DNA from: Candidatus Pacebacteria bacterium CG_4_10_14_0_8_um_filter_42_14 | GTDB taxonomy: Bacteria > Patescibacteriota > Microgenomatia > UBA1400 > PJMF01 | Assembly (NCBI GenBank): GCA_002784625.1 | Contig: PFLP01000005.1 | Location: 1 to 63,443, forward strand | Direction: 5' to 3' | Length of the DNA stretch: 63,443 nt | Part shown: one piece after another, positions 30,073 through 38,721 of the stretch | How positions within the stretch are numbered: the first letter of the stretch is position 1 | Layout: each line of letters starts with the position of its first letter | Notes under the pieces: generated by a model | What the model was told of the DNA's origin: nothing | Seen by the model: the letters and a program-made list of their open reading frames with translations, nothing else | Database searches by the model: none | Translations under genes and position numbers: made by a program

Positions 30073-31288
30073 TCAGCTTTCTTTCAAACTAGCTTCAGTT
30101 TTACTGGGACTGCTGATTTTCTTAATCCCAAGCAACCTTTTTTATGTTTTGGAGCATCAACTTGGCTACTTTGGGGGGCTACGGATTGATTATCTGATTC
30201 CTAAGCTCTATGCAAGTGAACTAATTGGAGTACTACTAATTTGTGTTGCTCTAATTTCACGAATGGCAAGCTTTCGACTTCACTGGAAGCCAGTAGTTTT
30301 TGTTCTAGCTTTAGCCATTTTTCAAGTATTTTCTCCAGTCCCAGCTAGTAGCCTTTGGTTTTTGCTAGAGCTCCTGATTACAGTAGCAGTTACAGCCATA
30401 ATTTTGCAATTGCCAAAGATTGTTACTCACGACAAATTGGTAACTTACAGCTTAATTGGTACCATAATTTTCCAATCTTCATTAGCAATTTATCAATTCA
30501 TTTATCAGCAATCTCTTGGTGGCTATTGGCTGCTAGGTCAGGGCAATCTACTCAAGTATGCTGGTATTGCCAACCAAACTCTCTTTGGAGTTCAGTACAT
30601 TCTGCCGAGCGGAACAACTCCTCACCCCAATATCCTGGCAGGGGTTCTAGTTGGATTAATGACTTTAGTTTGGTTGCGAAAAAAGCAAGTTGGCAAGCTC
30701 GTCTTGATAGCGACTCTTTTCATGGGAATAATTGCTGTCATCCTGACTTTTTCGATCTCAGCTTGGCTAAGCGCTGGACTCGTTTGCCTTGCGCTTATTG
30801 GTAAAAACCGCTGGCAACAAGTTACGAAAATACTAATTATCAAAACTCTCTGGGTACTTTTTCTCTTGGCACCAACAGTTCTTGTTCTCACTCAAATCGT
30901 TTCAACTTCCCCAAGTATTGTGCGAAGAATTGCCCTAAACAAAGAGGCCACAAATATGATTATCCAACACCCCTTAGCTGGAGTGGGCTTAAATGGCTTC
31001 GTGCCAGCCTTAGTTTCTTCAACTCATGAATCATCTCTTTTGCAGTTCGCTCAGCCAGCCCATCACGTTGGTTGGTTACTGCTTTCGGAAATTGGGTTAC
31101 TTGGAGTACTAGGCCTTTTATTAATTTTGCCAAAAAAAATAAAATCCATAAACGCTGACTCGCTGCTTCTTTTTTCAGCTCTCCTCATACCTCTGCTTAG
31201 CCTAGACCATTATCTCTACACCTTGCCTCAGGGAAGACTTTTGCTAGGAGTTTGTTTTGCGATTCTCTTAAGTCGGAAGCGGACTTGA
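30032..31288 (+). CDS. O-antigen ligase / Wzy_C-family polytopic membrane protein
   Basis: About 11 TM helices and the family-typical periplasmic loop (HPLAGVGLNGF...H). The start codon is uncertain; there is a 41-nt overlap with pheT. Confidence 0.6.
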   Translation: MTGRDILSENSRTNQLSFKLASVLLGLLIFLIPSNLFYVLEHQLGYFGGLRIDYLIPKLYASELIGVLLICVALISRMASFRLHWKPVVFVLALAIFQVFSPVPASSLWFLLELLITVAVTAIILQLPKIVTHDKLVTYSLIGTIIFQSSLAIYQFIYQQSLGGYWLLGQGNLLKYAGIANQTLFGVQYILPSGTTPHPNILAGVLVGLMTLVWLRKKQVGKLVLIATLFMGIIAVILTFSISAWLSAGLVCLALIGKNRWQQVTKILIIKTLWVLFLLAPTVLVLTQIVSTSPSIVRRIALNKEATNMIIQHPLAGVGLNGFVPALVSSTHESSLLQFAQPAHHVGWLLLSEIGLLGVLGLLLILPKKIKSINADSLLLFSALLIPLLSLDHYLYTLPQGRLLLGVCFAILLSRKRT

Positions 31289-33958
31289 GGTTGGAGTTGG
31301 AATTAAAGTAGGACTCGGCGAAGGACTTGCAGAAGGGCTCGGTGAAGGACTCGGTGTCGGAGTTGGATCTGGAGTTTTCCAATCAACACCTCCAGTGCCA
31401 ATTTTTTTCTTATCGGATTCTTTTGTTTTGCCAGACCTGGTGTAAGCTTTTGCCCAAATTTCATATCGCCCTGAACTAAGTTTTATTTTCCCTGTATAGC
31501 TACGGTCATTTATCGTTTCTCGCACCGAGCCATTTACTAAGAGCTCTATCTTTTCGATGCCATCACCAGAATCTGACTGAATTTCAACCTCGATGTTTTC
31601 GTCAGAGTAAGTTTTCTCGTTCTCCGGCTTTTTCAGATCAATATATATTTCACTTTGATCACCACAGTACTCGGTCGGGACTTTGTAACGACCATCTTCT
31701 TGAGCGGCAATCCAAGAATTAATACCTTCCTGCCAGCGATTAATTCCATCTAAAGAGAGTGGATCACTTTCTTTCAAAACAATAAACTCCTTTTCCTCAT
31801 AATCTCCAGACGCCATCCTGGCCTCTGGAGCCAGCTTATTCTCACCTTTGCAGAGTTTTAGTTTTGTATGAATTAGATCGGGGAGTGCGGGCAAAGTATT
31901 GGCCAAAGCATATTCACTCTTACTGGCGTAACCATCATGTTCTGGATATCCAGAAATACTATCAACCATAACTTTCTCAACTGACTCGGGAATTTCCCAA
32001 GCTGGATCGGAGTAGCCAGAATCGAGAGCAGCCAAGACAATGCGCCTCCAAATTGGCGTTGCTCCAGAAACACCAGATGCCACTGTCTTCATCTGACTGT
32101 TATCATTATTTCCAACCCAAGCACCTACAATAATTTCTCTGGACCAACCAATCGCCCAGTTATCGCGCTGGTCATTAGTGGTTCCTGTTTTGACAGCAAT
32201 GTTGGGACTAATATTAAGTAAAGAACGCGTACCGAAAGCAATAGCGCGGGCGGCATTATCTGACAAAATATGATTAATCAGGAACGCCTCCGCTTCTGAA
32301 AAAAGTCGTCGCCCCTCCACCGGCTTGTGCTCAAAGATTGTCTTACCATTTTTATCTTCAATCTTAAGAATAGCCACTGGCTCCGTCTTAATTCCTCCTG
32401 TTGCGAACGAACTATAGGCGGTGACTGTGTCGATTAGATGAACCTCAGCGCCTCCGAGGGTGACGGCCAAACCAAATCTTTGTTTGTTTTCTGCAGTCGG
32501 CTGAAGAGTTACAAATCCCATGTCATAGGCTTGCTGTAAAAATGAATCAATACCAACTAGCGCTAGAGCTTTAACAGCCGGAATATTTAGAGAACTAGCC
32601 AAGCTATCACGCACGGAAACTGGACCATGAAATTTGCCATCATAATTACCGGGTTCGTAAGCATCGGCTCCCTCGTTACTGACAAATTTTGTTGGAGTAT
32701 CATCCAAAACTGAGGCCGGCGTATAGCCTCGTTGTAAAAGGGTTAGATACGTCACTGGCTTAATCGAAGATCCGGGTTGACGAAGACCATCAACAACCAC
32801 ATTAAACTGGCCATCGATGTCTTCGCTGGCAAAATCCTTGCTACCAACCATACTAAGAATCTCACCTGATCGTGGGTCCATAACTAGGACCGCGCCATTG
32901 GTAATGTTGAGACCTTCAACTTGCGAAACTTCATCCAGAACAATCTCTTCGGCTTGCTCCTGAAGCTTCAGGTCCAAACTGGTTGTGACCTTAAAACCCG
33001 AGTTAGTCACCACCTCTTCACCGTATAGATCATCCAGCAGATTTCTGACATAAAACACAAAGTGAGGGGCCTTGATCAAAAGCTGTTTTTTAGAGAACTC
33101 AACCGTGTCGAGATCTGAGAGGGCTTGATCGTAAGCAAGCTCGGTAATGTGATTATCCTCTCGCATTCTTCTAAGTACGCCTTTGGCGCGAACCTTCCAG
33201 AGAGGCTCACCGTCATCATCAACTTGACCGCTAAATGGTGAGTATGCAGAGGGTCGCTGCGGCAGTCCCGCAAGAATTGCTGACTGGACCAAATTTAGCT
33301 CACTCACTGGTTTGTCAAAATAAACCTCAGCTGCCGTACCAACCCCCCAGGCTGTACCACCATAAGGGGCTTCATTTAAATACATCTCCAGAATTTGATC
33401 TTTAGAAAAAGTTCTCTCTAATTGTAGTGACAAAACCAGCTCTTTAAATTTACGAGTGATTGTTCTTTCGTTGGTAAGCAAGACATTCTTTACCAATTGC
33501 TGCGTTAGAGTTGAGCCACCGATTAGCCTCTGTCTCGCCACAAAATTATAGGGAATGCGCAAGATCGTCATCGCGTCGAAACCGCCGTGCTTATAAAAGT
33601 CTTTGTCTTCTACTGCGATGGTGGCATTTTTTAGATCTTCTGGAAGTTCCGCGAGGGTGGCTGGCGTTCGCCTTTCTTGATCATATAGATCAAACAACAA
33701 CTCGCCATTGCGATCTAAAATTTTGGTACTAAAACCTGATCGCCTGACCACTTCTCCTGGAGCGGGTAAGTCTTTAGAGAACCAAGCAAATAGACCAAAA
33801 AAGAGAAGAATCGCTAAAACAACGCCGATGGCTCCACCTATGGCCAAAAAACGAATGATTTTAAACTTTAATAAATTGCGCTTATTTTGAGTGACGAGTC
33901 CCATGCTTCTTCGAGAGCGAGCCACAGATTTTTGACGCCTTCGTAGTTTTCTAAGCAT
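31268..33958 (-). CDS. class A penicillin-binding protein (PBP1A: transglycosylase + transpeptidase) with a C-terminal Ig-like/PT-rich extension
   Basis: GT51 motifs EDKDFYKHGGFD and GGSTLTQQL. TP motifs SSIKP, SLN and KTGTT. The ORF-track frame extends to GTG 34060, but I prefer ATG 33958 (MLRKLRRRQK, then a TM helix). Confidence 0.9.
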   Translation of the reverse strand: MLRKLRRRQKSVARSRRSMGLVTQNKRNLLKFKIIRFLAIGGAIGVVLAILLFFGLFAWFSKDLPAPGEVVRRSGFSTKILDRNGELLFDLYDQERRTPATLAELPEDLKNATIAVEDKDFYKHGGFDAMTILRIPYNFVARQRLIGGSTLTQQLVKNVLLTNERTITRKFKELVLSLQLERTFSKDQILEMYLNEAPYGGTAWGVGTAAEVYFDKPVSELNLVQSAILAGLPQRPSAYSPFSGQVDDDGEPLWKVRAKGVLRRMREDNHITELAYDQALSDLDTVEFSKKQLLIKAPHFVFYVRNLLDDLYGEEVVTNSGFKVTTSLDLKLQEQAEEIVLDEVSQVEGLNITNGAVLVMDPRSGEILSMVGSKDFASEDIDGQFNVVVDGLRQPGSSIKPVTYLTLLQRGYTPASVLDDTPTKFVSNEGADAYEPGNYDGKFHGPVSVRDSLASSLNIPAVKALALVGIDSFLQQAYDMGFVTLQPTAENKQRFGLAVTLGGAEVHLIDTVTAYSSFATGGIKTEPVAILKIEDKNGKTIFEHKPVEGRRLFSEAEAFLINHILSDNAARAIAFGTRSLLNISPNIAVKTGTTNDQRDNWAIGWSREIIVGAWVGNNDNSQMKTVASGVSGATPIWRRIVLAALDSGYSDPAWEIPESVEKVMVDSISGYPEHDGYASKSEYALANTLPALPDLIHTKLKLCKGENKLAPEARMASGDYEEKEFIVLKESDPLSLDGINRWQEGINSWIAAQEDGRYKVPTEYCGDQSEIYIDLKKPENEKTYSDENIEVEIQSDSGDGIEKIELLVNGSVRETINDRSYTGKIKLSSGRYEIWAKAYTRSGKTKESDKKKIGTGGVDWKTPDPTPTPSPSPSPSASPSPSPTLIPTPTSSPLPT

Positions 33959-34113
33959 GACGTACCAATAGTACCGCAGCTTGTTGTTGAAAACCAGAAG
34001 CCAGAAGCCAAGACGAGATAAAAATGACACACACCTATTGTAACAAGTTACTGGCACCACTGCAGGACTGTCGTTGCTTTTTATAAAATATGTAAGATAT
34101 AGTACTACGAGAT

Positions 34114-35985
34114 ATGTCCAAAGGCGTTTTATTACTTCTGTCTCTAATCTCGTTGCTAGCTTTTACTACCAACTCCGCCTCAGCTCAAGAAAACTATCCC
34201 GCAGCAATACAATCGATTGCAAACGAACCCATTACTATCAAAACCTATATTGTAGCAAAGGCAGGCATTAACTCTGCTGACAATTCAAATTGGCCAAAAT
34301 ACGCCTTATACATCAATAACGGCACAAATTACGACGGCCCTCGTGATTATGGCAGCTGCGAAACAGCGGGCAACGGTTGTGGCACCCCCAATCTCTATAG
34401 TGACAAAATTCAAGCTGGAAACTGTGGATCATATTTTTGTCCAAGTACAGCGGCTCAGGTCATCGAAACTCAAGTGACTGTTGGCAAATTAATTATTCAA
34501 CCAAACACAGGAGAAAGTGACTTTTTGGTTAGTAAACTATCTTACGTATTTTTCAACGACTACTGGAACCCAAATACGTCACCTGTCACTGATCGAGATT
34601 TTGGTATCACAAAAATTGAGTTCTTTGGCCCAAATGGTAAATTGCTAGAAACACTTACTCCGGCATCGCCAACTCATGGTGTGGAGACGAGTTCAACCCC
34701 AGATCTAAACGGTATCTACTTTGACCTTGGTCTAGTCAATGCCGAGGGAGTTTCAAACACAGAACAGAATGGAATGGTAGCCGCCTTTGATAAAAAAGAA
34801 GTCGAGACAATTATTCAAAACCAATCAAGAGAAAAAGGCATGTGGCAACTCACCAAAGAAGGTTCTATCAACATAATCTCAGTCTCGGTTGCAAAGAAAA
34901 TTATCGCGGGACTCTCTGTAAGTTCAACACCCACTCCAACACCTTCACCTTCACCAACACTTACACCTTCACCTACTCCTTCTCCGGTTGTTAAGGCAGC
35001 TGCGGATGGAACACTCCCATGGAGCACAAATGCTGGACAACAGCGACTTGGTCCAACCACAGCATGGACTGACCCCACCACGCATGTAGGCTCGATATGT
35101 AACGGTATTTGGTGTTGGCAGTACAATTTTTCAACTAATAAATTAGAAAATAATGGCAATCCAGTCAACCTAAATTCAGGATCAGGTAGCGTTAGATCTC
35201 CTGATTGGGGTGGATTCTGGGCTGACGGCGGCCCCGCAGCCGCTTGGGAAGAATATAAAAATTCATTTATTTCAATAAGTAACAACAAGTACATGTGGCT
35301 TTGGACCAAAACTGGCTTAGTGAACTACCAACCATTCGACCTAAGTGTGCAAGAGTACTGGAGAGACACTGTCGCAGCCTCTGACGGCACAACTCTTTTC
35401 TCTGGCAAAAGCATCACTACCAGCTGGACTGACAAACTCAATAGCCGAGAATATTTCTGCAATGGAAAATGGTGCTGGGTATTTAATTACGAAGAAATGC
35501 GTTGGCACAATCAAGACGATGCGAGCAAGGGCAGACCTTTTGACATTGCTTCACTTTTTAAAATTGTTCCCTCGAGTACGAGTATCTCAATCACTTCAAA
35601 TGCAGGACCAACTGTGGGCTGGACAAATGATGTTTCAAATATCAGCACCGTCTGTAACGAAGGGATTTGTTGGAGCTACAAAAATAAAGCCGGGAGCAGG
35701 CCCGACCTACTAGATATCGTATGGGAAAGAACAAATAATCAGGGACTTGGAGAGCCTATTTCGGCCTGCGAAGCTGTCGGTGAATCTGCAAGTGTCTGCG
35801 GAAGTGGAGGAATACAGCCATTGCCAGGAGACCTCGACAAGAATAATCGTGTTGATATTTTTGATTACAACTTACTACTGGATAAATATGGAACAGATTT
35901 TTGCGACTTTAACTTGGCGGGAACATGCGTCATTGGCAACGATGACATCGGGGCATTCAAAGCAGTTTTTGGCACACATAGATAA
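34114..35985 (+). CDS. secreted protein A: unknown N-domain, PT linker, three Cys/Trp repeat modules, C-terminal dockerin-like module
   Basis: Signal peptide ...TNSASA/QE. Linker STPTPTPSPSPTLTPSPTPSP. Motifs CNGIWCWQYN, CNGKWCWVFN and CNEGICWSYKN. C-terminus GDLDKNNRVDIFDYNLLLDKYG. Confidence 0.7.
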   Translation: MSKGVLLLLSLISLLAFTTNSASAQENYPAAIQSIANEPITIKTYIVAKAGINSADNSNWPKYALYINNGTNYDGPRDYGSCETAGNGCGTPNLYSDKIQAGNCGSYFCPSTAAQVIETQVTVGKLIIQPNTGESDFLVSKLSYVFFNDYWNPNTSPVTDRDFGITKIEFFGPNGKLLETLTPASPTHGVETSSTPDLNGIYFDLGLVNAEGVSNTEQNGMVAAFDKKEVETIIQNQSREKGMWQLTKEGSINIISVSVAKKIIAGLSVSSTPTPTPSPSPTLTPSPTPSPVVKAAADGTLPWSTNAGQQRLGPTTAWTDPTTHVGSICNGIWCWQYNFSTNKLENNGNPVNLNSGSGSVRSPDWGGFWADGGPAAAWEEYKNSFISISNNKYMWLWTKTGLVNYQPFDLSVQEYWRDTVAASDGTTLFSGKSITTSWTDKLNSREYFCNGKWCWVFNYEEMRWHNQDDASKGRPFDIASLFKIVPSSTSISITSNAGPTVGWTNDVSNISTVCNEGICWSYKNKAGSRPDLLDIVWERTNNQGLGEPISACEAVGESASVCGSGGIQPLPGDLDKNNRVDIFDYNLLLDKYGTDFCDFNLAGTCVIGNDDIGAFKAVFGTHR

Positions 35986-35992
35986 AGTAGAT

Positions 35993-37189
35993 ATGACAAA
36001 ACAAAATAGGATATTTAAAGAAATTAGAAGGAGAAAAGCTTTTTCACTAATACTCATTTTTATCCTCGCAACTGGCTTGATCGCGACAGTCATGCTTTTG
36101 AAGAACGCGCAAGATTTGCGACAAAATGCTTCGGGAGAATCGGTGCAGCTAAAGCTTTCAACAAACTCAATCGATGTCTCCTCCCCTCACGCGTTTAAGC
36201 CAAACGAAACAGTAAGTGTTCTTGTCGAAGTTGTTCCAGGAGAAGCGCGTGTCTCTGCAGCTGACTTTATCCTCACATATGACTCCAGTTCTTATGATTA
36301 CGTCGCTACTGAGTTGTTTGAGAGTACATTTGGTGTACTTCTTCAGAAAGAAATAAACCCTACTGATGGAAAAGTTCATCTGGCTCTCGGTAGAAAACCA
36401 CCATCTGCCCAATATGGCAATCAAAAAATGGTGAGAGTTACCTTCCGTGCCAAGAATAAAGTTGGTACCACCCAAATTGGAATCGAGGCTCAGACTGCCA
36501 AGATCGCAGCGCTTGGAAGTGCCATTAATGTATACCAAGGTCCCACTTCGCCAATCGACATGAAGATAGTGGGAGGCGACTCGGGACCAAAAACCTCAAT
36601 ACAATTAAAATTCAAATTAGCGGGCATCCCTGTCGAAAACAATCCTAGCTTTTTGCCAGAGTCTGCCCGAATCCAGCCAGTAAAAATCTCACTACAAAAC
36701 ATGGAGACAGGCGCAGCTACCATACCGACCTCGCTCTCAAGCATCTTCATAAAAGAACAAACAACACCCTCTCTAATCAGCTATTTTTCTTTCATAAATC
36801 CGTTTACAGTGACCGATCTTTCCACGGGAAAATACAACATTTTACTCAAGGGACCGAAACATCAGCAAATACGCTTCTGCAAGAATGATCAAGACGCAGA
36901 CTATCGCTGTCAAATCACCGACAGCATCGAGATTACCAAAGATGCCTCTCACACTTTTGACTTTACAAAACGACCACTTTCTTGTGGCGATCTGCCAATA
37001 TCTGGCACCAATCATGACCAGCAGGATGGGGCCGTGAGGGTTACAGACTACTCATTCATGGTTAGTTGCCTCAGCAAACGAACTGACGCAGCTTGTGTCA
37101 CTCGTGCGGACTGCAATGAGGATGGTTCTGTTACAAATCTAGACATGGACCTCTTGCTCGAAACACTTAGCACCGCGTATGATCAATAA
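35993..37189 (+). CDS. membrane-anchored protein B: cohesin-like module, beta-rich middle domain, dockerin-like C-terminus
   Basis: ATG 35993 with N-terminal anchor FSLILIFILATGLIATVMLL. AADFILTYDSSSYDYV...MVRVTFRAKNKVGTT. C-terminus DGAVRVTDYSFMVSCL and NEDGSVTNLDMDLLLETL. The ORF-track start at 35747 overlaps gene A and is rejected. Confidence 0.65.
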   Translation: MTKQNRIFKEIRRRKAFSLILIFILATGLIATVMLLKNAQDLRQNASGESVQLKLSTNSIDVSSPHAFKPNETVSVLVEVVPGEARVSAADFILTYDSSSYDYVATELFESTFGVLLQKEINPTDGKVHLALGRKPPSAQYGNQKMVRVTFRAKNKVGTTQIGIEAQTAKIAALGSAINVYQGPTSPIDMKIVGGDSGPKTSIQLKFKLAGIPVENNPSFLPESARIQPVKISLQNMETGAATIPTSLSSIFIKEQTTPSLISYFSFINPFTVTDLSTGKYNILLKGPKHQQIRFCKNDQDADYRCQITDSIEITKDASHTFDFTKRPLSCGDLPISGTNHDQQDGAVRVTDYSFMVSCLSKRTDAACVTRADCNEDGSVTNLDMDLLLETLSTAYDQ

Positions 37190-37871
37190 CATTAGACCAG
37201 AAATGCCTATGCCTACGCCAGAACTTATACTAGGAAATCCAACACCAACTCCACCGCTGAACCCAATCAGGAAACATATTCAGATTGGCATTTCAATTGT
37301 TATTTTTTTGAGTGTTGTTTCTCTTCTCTATAGCAGAAACAAATCTCAGCAGATCATTCCCGATCAAGTTCATGAAAACACAGAGCAGACAAGTGCCGTT
37401 AGCGAGTTGCCTGCTATAAATAAAAAGCAGAGTACTCCAAGCATAGTGCTTGCCATAAAAAGTACACTACAAGCAGAGGAATTAAATACTTTTCAAGTTG
37501 GCAAAAAAAGCACAGCCTATATCACTATCAAATCAACCGACTTAGAACAATTTGCCGATGGAGCAGAGTTAAGTCTTCGTTTCGACCCAAGTGTTCTTGC
37601 AGGCGTTTCTGTGCTTCCAAACAAGCTTTTCAGCACTGTTATTCGTAACACTGTCTCTCAAGACTTGGGCAACATAGACATAGCGTTGATTCGCCAGCCA
37701 GATGAAGAAGTTGTTATCAGTGACGAAGTCGTGCTTGCAACCCTGTCTTTCACGCCAATGTTAAAAGGATCAACTTTCCTGAGTTTTGAGAATGACAAAA
37801 CCATCGTTGCAGGAAACCAGGGAGATAATATTCTCGAAAGTACTACGAGCCTGACAATAGAGAGCGAATAG
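37179..37871 (+). CDS. membrane-anchored protein C with a cohesin-like module
   Basis: TM IGISIVIFLSVVSLLY, then AELSLRFDPSVLAGVSV...VVLATLSFTPMLKGSTFLSF. Confidence 0.6.
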   Translation: MINNIRPEMPMPTPELILGNPTPTPPLNPIRKHIQIGISIVIFLSVVSLLYSRNKSQQIIPDQVHENTEQTSAVSELPAINKKQSTPSIVLAIKSTLQAEELNTFQVGKKSTAYITIKSTDLEQFADGAELSLRFDPSVLAGVSVLPNKLFSTVIRNTVSQDLGNIDIALIRQPDEEVVISDEVVLATLSFTPMLKGSTFLSFENDKTIVAGNQGDNILESTTSLTIESE

Positions 37872-37879
37872 ATAGGCAC

Positions 37880-38707
37880 ATGCCCAAACAAATTTTATTA
37901 TTTCTCCAACGACTTCTTCTTTTTACCGGGATATTTTTATTTGCTGGCCAGCTTAGTTATTCTAAAGCCCAGGCGGCAGCTCATTTCGAACTCAGTCCTA
38001 CCACTGGAGTAATTCAAACTGCAGGAACAAGCGTTGCGGTCATCGTCAACGCAGACGCAAATCAACTCAAATCTGCTAGCGCAGTCATTACCTACGATGC
38101 TGCAAAAGTCACAGTTACTAGTGTAAACGGCACCTACTTCCCAACCGTAACTACAGACACCACAAAGTCGGGAGAGATCGTCATCTCCGGAACACTCCCT
38201 ATTGGAAACACTGTAGGCGTAACGGGCACCGGCACACTTGCAACTCTCACGCTCAAACCAGTTTCTGGAGCCACTGGCTCAGTATCGCTGGGGTTTCGCT
38301 GTTCTGAGTCAAGTTCTGATGATTCAAATCTAATCACTATGACAAGTACTAATTTGTTGGCAGCCACATCCCAATGTAGCGCCAACAGCACTGGCAGCTA
38401 TACCCTGGTAACAAGCAGCAGCACAACAACAACGACAACTTCTCAATGCAACCAAGATTGCTCCGCTAGCGCTGTGTGTGCATCTGGACTCACTTGTGTA
38501 ACCGGAAAGTGTCGCAATGCCTCTTGTCACACATCTACAACATGCAGCTGCACTGGAGCCGATATTGCCGCAGCTCAGGGGACTAGCACTTTGCCTAAAA
38601 CGGCCTCAATTAACCAGACAACCTTGCTTATTGGTACCGGAATAATCTACCTGATCAGTGGCGGCTTCCTCGTGACTCAGGCAAAAAAATACTTTCGCAG
38701 CCATTGA
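37880..38707 (+). CDS. wall-anchored protein D: signal peptide, cohesin-like module, Thr-rich linker, Cys-rich knot, LPKTA sorting signal
   Basis: ASAVITYDAAKVTVTSV...GTLATLTLKPVSGATG. SSSTTTTTTS. Eleven Cys in about 50 aa. LPKTA (38591-38605) followed by a hydrophobic helix and KKYFRSH. Confidence 0.7.
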   Translation: MPKQILLFLQRLLLFTGIFLFAGQLSYSKAQAAAHFELSPTTGVIQTAGTSVAVIVNADANQLKSASAVITYDAAKVTVTSVNGTYFPTVTTDTTKSGEIVISGTLPIGNTVGVTGTGTLATLTLKPVSGATGSVSLGFRCSESSSDDSNLITMTSTNLLAATSQCSANSTGSYTLVTSSSTTTTTTSQCNQDCSASAVCASGLTCVTGKCRNASCHTSTTCSCTGADIAAAQGTSTLPKTASINQTTLLIGTGIIYLISGGFLVTQAKKYFRSH

Positions 38708-38721
38708 GGTACAATAGTTCA

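Noticed and set aside
31271-34986. Similar PT-rich peptides in PBP1A (31271-31375, minus) and protein A (34921-34986, plus), considered as a DNA repeat or a DGR template/variable pair
   Set aside because: The similarity is at the amino-acid composition level only and codon choices differ. No reverse transcriptase is in the window and there is no adenine-specific mismatch pattern.
35747-35992. Upstream extension of protein B (ORF-track start 35747)
   Set aside because: It would overlap the last 239 nt of protein A in another frame. ATG 35993 gives a proper basic N-terminus plus a signal-anchor helix.
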